DNA of 64,000 nucleotides from an uncultured bacterium (GTDB lineage Bacteria; Verrucomicrobiota; Lentisphaeria; Victivallales; UBA1829): NCBI GenBank assembly GCA_902802585.1, contig CADCMR010000012.1, positions 229 to 64,228 of the forward strand, read 5' to 3'. Shown piece by piece: positions 61,491 to 64,000 of this stretch (position 1 is its first letter; each line of letters starts with the position of its first letter). The notes under the pieces were generated by a model. It saw only the letters and a program-made list of their open reading frames with translations, ran no database searches and was not told where the DNA came from. The position numbers and the translations under genes were made by a program.

Positions 61491-62543
61491 TCAGATGCGC
61501 CCGGTGATCAGCATGCAGTCGCCGTAGCTGAAGAACTTCATGCGTTCCTGCACGGCGACGCGGTAGGCTTTGCGGACTGGCTCCATGCCGGCGAACGCGG
61601 ACACGAGCATGAGGAGCGTGCTTTTCGGCAGGTGGAAATTGGTGAGGAGCATGTCGGCGGAGCGCACATGGTAGGGCGGGTAGATGTAGATGGCCGTCTC
61701 GCCGGTGCGCGCTGTGAAAACGCCGCGGTCGTCCACGCAGGATTCGAGCGTTCGGAGCGAGGTGGTGCCGACCGCGAGGATGCGGCCCCCTGCGGCGCGG
61801 ACGCGGTTGAGGCGGTCGGCGGCGTCCGGCGGGAATACGAAATACTCCGCGTGCATCGGGTGGTCCTCGATCTTCTCCTCGGACACTGGCTTGAACGTGC
61901 CAGCGCCGACGTGAAGCGTGAGCTCGACACGCTCCACTCCCCTTGCCGCCAGCGCCGCGAAGGTCTTTTCGGTGAAATGCAGCCCGGCGGTCGGGGCTGC
62001 GACCGCGCCTTTGTTCCGGGCGTAGATCGTCTGGTAGCGGTCGCTGTCGAGCGGCTGGTCTGGACGCTTGATGTACGGGGGCAGGGGGAGGTGACCGCAG
62101 ACGGCGAAAACCTCGTGCGGATCGCCGCCGGTGAGGTCGATCAAGCACGAGCCGTCGGGGAGTTTCCCGGCGACCGTCACGCGGTACGGGGAGAGTTCGC
62201 CGCCGGATGTGCGCAGACGCAGCACGGTGTCCTCCTTGAGGCGTTTCGCGCCGCGCGCCAGGCAGATCCAGCGACCTTCCGTGTCGGGATTCAGGTAGAA
62301 GAGTTCAACCTCTGCGCCGGTGGATTCCTTGCGTGCGAACATGCGAGCCGGGATGACGCGGGTGTTGTTCAGCACGACCGCGTCGCCGGGCCGCAGATAG
62401 TCCGGGAGCGATTCGAACATCCCGACCGTGACGTCCGATGTGGCGGGATCGAGTACGAGCATGCGGTCCGCGCCGCGCACCTGCGAAGGTTCCTGCGCGA
62501 TCAGTTCCTCGGGCAGTTCGTAGTCGAAATCACTGGTGCGCAT
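61491..62543 (-). CDS. queA: S-adenosylmethionine:tRNA ribosyltransferase-isomerase
   Basis: MRTSDFDYELPEELIAQEP...LPLPPYIKR...YQTIYA...GAVAAPTAGLHFT...GTTS.R.LES. Confidence 0.93.
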   Translation of the reverse strand: MRTSDFDYELPEELIAQEPSQVRGADRMLVLDPATSDVTVGMFESLPDYLRPGDAVVLNNTRVIPARMFARKESTGAEVELFYLNPDTEGRWICLARGAKRLKEDTVLRLRTSGGELSPYRVTVAGKLPDGSCLIDLTGGDPHEVFAVCGHLPLPPYIKRPDQPLDSDRYQTIYARNKGAVAAPTAGLHFTEKTFAALAARGVERVELTLHVGAGTFKPVSEEKIEDHPMHAEYFVFPPDAADRLNRVRAAGGRILAVGTTSLRTLESCVDDRGVFTARTGETAIYIYPPYHVRSADMLLTNFHLPKSTLLMLVSAFAGMEPVRKAYRVAVQERMKFFSYGDCMLITGRI

Positions 62544-63996
62544 CTTCGTACATCCGCTCGTAGTTTCCGGCGGTGCGGTTCCAGGAGAAGTCCGTGGTCA
62601 TGGCGCGGCGGATCATCTTGCGGAAGATGTCCGGGCTGCCCTTGCGGACGTTCGCCGCCCAGGTGATGGTGTTGTTCAGCGCCATGGAGTCGAGGTTCCA
62701 GAACACGAATCCGGTCGCGGGATCGTTTTCGTTGGTGAGGTTGACCACGGTGTCGGCGAGACCGCCGGTGCTGCGGACGATGGGGAGCGTGCCGTAGCGC
62801 ATGCTGTACATCTGGTTGAGGCCGCACGGCTCGTAGCGGGACGGCATGACGAAGAAGTCGGCGCCCGCCTCGGTGAGGTGCGCGGTGGCCTGGCTGGCGT
62901 ATCCGATGTAGACGCCGATCCTGCCGGGGAACTTTCCGGCGAGGTAGCGGAACCAGTTTTCCAAGTACATGTCGCCGCTGCCGATCACCACGAACTGCAT
63001 GTCGAAGTTCTGCGCGAGGTATTCGAGACCGCGCGCGAAAACGTCGAGCCCCTTCTGTTCGGCGAAGCGGGAGATGGTGGCGAAGAGCGGCACGTCGGGA
63101 TCCTGCTTCAGTCCGAACTGCTCCTGAAGCGCCGCCTTGCAGACGGCTTTTCCGGAAATGTCGTCGGGCGTGAACGTGGCGGGCAGCGTCTTGTCCTTCG
63201 CGGGATCCCATTCGTCCACGTCGATGCCGTTCAGGATGCCGCGGAGTCTGCCGCGCGCGGCGACATGCCGGAGCGAGGCGTCGAGACCGAACCCGTACTC
63301 GGGGGAGAGGATTTCGGACGCGTAGGTCGGGCTGACCGCGTTCACCATGTCGGAGGTCATGATGCCGCCGTGGAGGTAGTTGATGCAGTCGTGATATTCG
63401 AGGCAGGTGTAGTTGAAGAAGTCCCAGCCCAGTCCGGTCCAGTACAGCTTGTCCTTCGGGAAGATGCCCTGGTAGCCGATGTTGTGGATCGTGAGCGCGC
63501 TGCGGCATTTCTGGAACGCCGGGAGCGTGCGGTAGTAGTCGCTCTTCAGGTACACGCTGCACAGCGCGGCGTGCCAGTCGTTCACGTGCAGGATGTCCGG
63601 GTTGATCTTGCGGAGCACGGCGACCTCCATGGCGGCGCGGCAGAAGAACGCGAACCGCTCGGCATTGTCGTCGTATTCCTTCCCGTCCCAGTCGTAGAGG
63701 CGCGGCCGGTCGAAGAAACGGTCGTACTCCAGGAACATGAATGTGAGGTTCTTGCTGATTTTGAGGATGTTGACGCCCGCCCACTCGATGTTCGGGCCGA
63801 ACGGGACGCCGATGAGGTCGAGGCGTTCGTCGAACTTGAGGTTGAGTTTCCCCATCTGCTGGCGGTAAAACGGCATGAAGACCGTGACCTGGTGTCCGCG
63901 TTTGGCGAGGGCTTCCGGCAGGGCGCCGGAGACGTCGGCGAGGCCGCCGGTTTTCGCGTAGGGAGTGGCTTCGCTTGTGACCCAGAAGATTTTCAT
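62530..63996 (-). CDS. glgA: Glycogen/starch synthase (ADP-glucose type)
   Basis: MKIFWVTSEATPYAKTGGLADVSGALPEAL... (KTGGL motif), with C-terminal GT-B motifs PSRYEPCGLNQMY and STGGLADTV. Confidence 0.93.
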   Translation of the reverse strand: MKIFWVTSEATPYAKTGGLADVSGALPEALAKRGHQVTVFMPFYRQQMGKLNLKFDERLDLIGVPFGPNIEWAGVNILKISKNLTFMFLEYDRFFDRPRLYDWDGKEYDDNAERFAFFCRAAMEVAVLRKINPDILHVNDWHAALCSVYLKSDYYRTLPAFQKCRSALTIHNIGYQGIFPKDKLYWTGLGWDFFNYTCLEYHDCINYLHGGIMTSDMVNAVSPTYASEILSPEYGFGLDASLRHVAARGRLRGILNGIDVDEWDPAKDKTLPATFTPDDISGKAVCKAALQEQFGLKQDPDVPLFATISRFAEQKGLDVFARGLEYLAQNFDMQFVVIGSGDMYLENWFRYLAGKFPGRIGVYIGYASQATAHLTEAGADFFVMPSRYEPCGLNQMYSMRYGTLPIVRSTGGLADTVVNLTNENDPATGFVFWNLDSMALNNTITWAANVRKGSPDIFRKMIRRAMTTDFSWNRTAGNYERMYEDAHQ

Positions 63997-64000
63997 GGTG

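Noticed and set aside
59965-62666. A 229-codon N-terminal extension of the uvrC ORF (to 62148), and the plus-strand ORFs 59995..61527 and 61632..62666.
   Set aside because: The extension is Arg/Pro-rich, overlaps the well-supported queA gene, and precedes the canonical GIY-YIG start MSKLHPEF at 61461. The plus-strand ORFs are antisense shadows.

Overview
High-GC chromosomal window from a Gram-negative-type bacterium; the phylum cannot be fixed from sequence alone. The right half carries housekeeping genes: LptF/G, ExbB/ExbD, ThrC, Frr, RecJ, UvrC, QueA, GlgA, tRNA-Phe and tRNA-Leu. There are two accessory blocks. (1) About 1-12.4 kb is a visibly lower-GC integrated mobile-element remnant. It holds a 5'-truncated group II intron (C-terminal half of the RT/maturase plus a textbook ribozyme domain V) abutting an N-terminally truncated RusA gene. 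It also holds an SF2 helicase and a PrimPol/DUF3987-like primase-NTPase followed by an AT-rich, GA-repeat-flanked candidate origin. Further right are two promoter/terminator-delimited candidate small RNAs, an AAA+/DUF4143 ATPase and a HARE-HTH protein. The block ends with a translationally coupled DUF2924 / large serine recombinase / ParB-like HTH operon next to tRNA-Phe. No virion or conjugation genes are visible. (2) 17074-41511 is one uninterrupted 24,438-nt ORF (8,145 aa, about 38% of the window). Its N-terminal two thirds are AIDA-I/TibA/Ag43-type 'VSSGGxAxxTxV' beta-helix repeats organised into higher-order modules. These are followed by four PPC-like domains, an embedded clostripain-like C11 cysteine peptidase, two more PPC-like domains, four Ig-like repeats, an FN3 domain and a C-terminal FG-GAP propeller. 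I see no signal peptide, autotransporter barrel or known sorting signal. This giant mosaic protein is the most unusual object in the window. A second notable locus is an exbD / 950-aa coiled-coil Gly-Gln-rich protein / exbB / exbD operon at 44.0-48.6 kb. Many long ORFs antisense to real genes are GC-driven shadows and are rejected. All domain calls come from motif recognition by eye and need HMM or structure confirmation.
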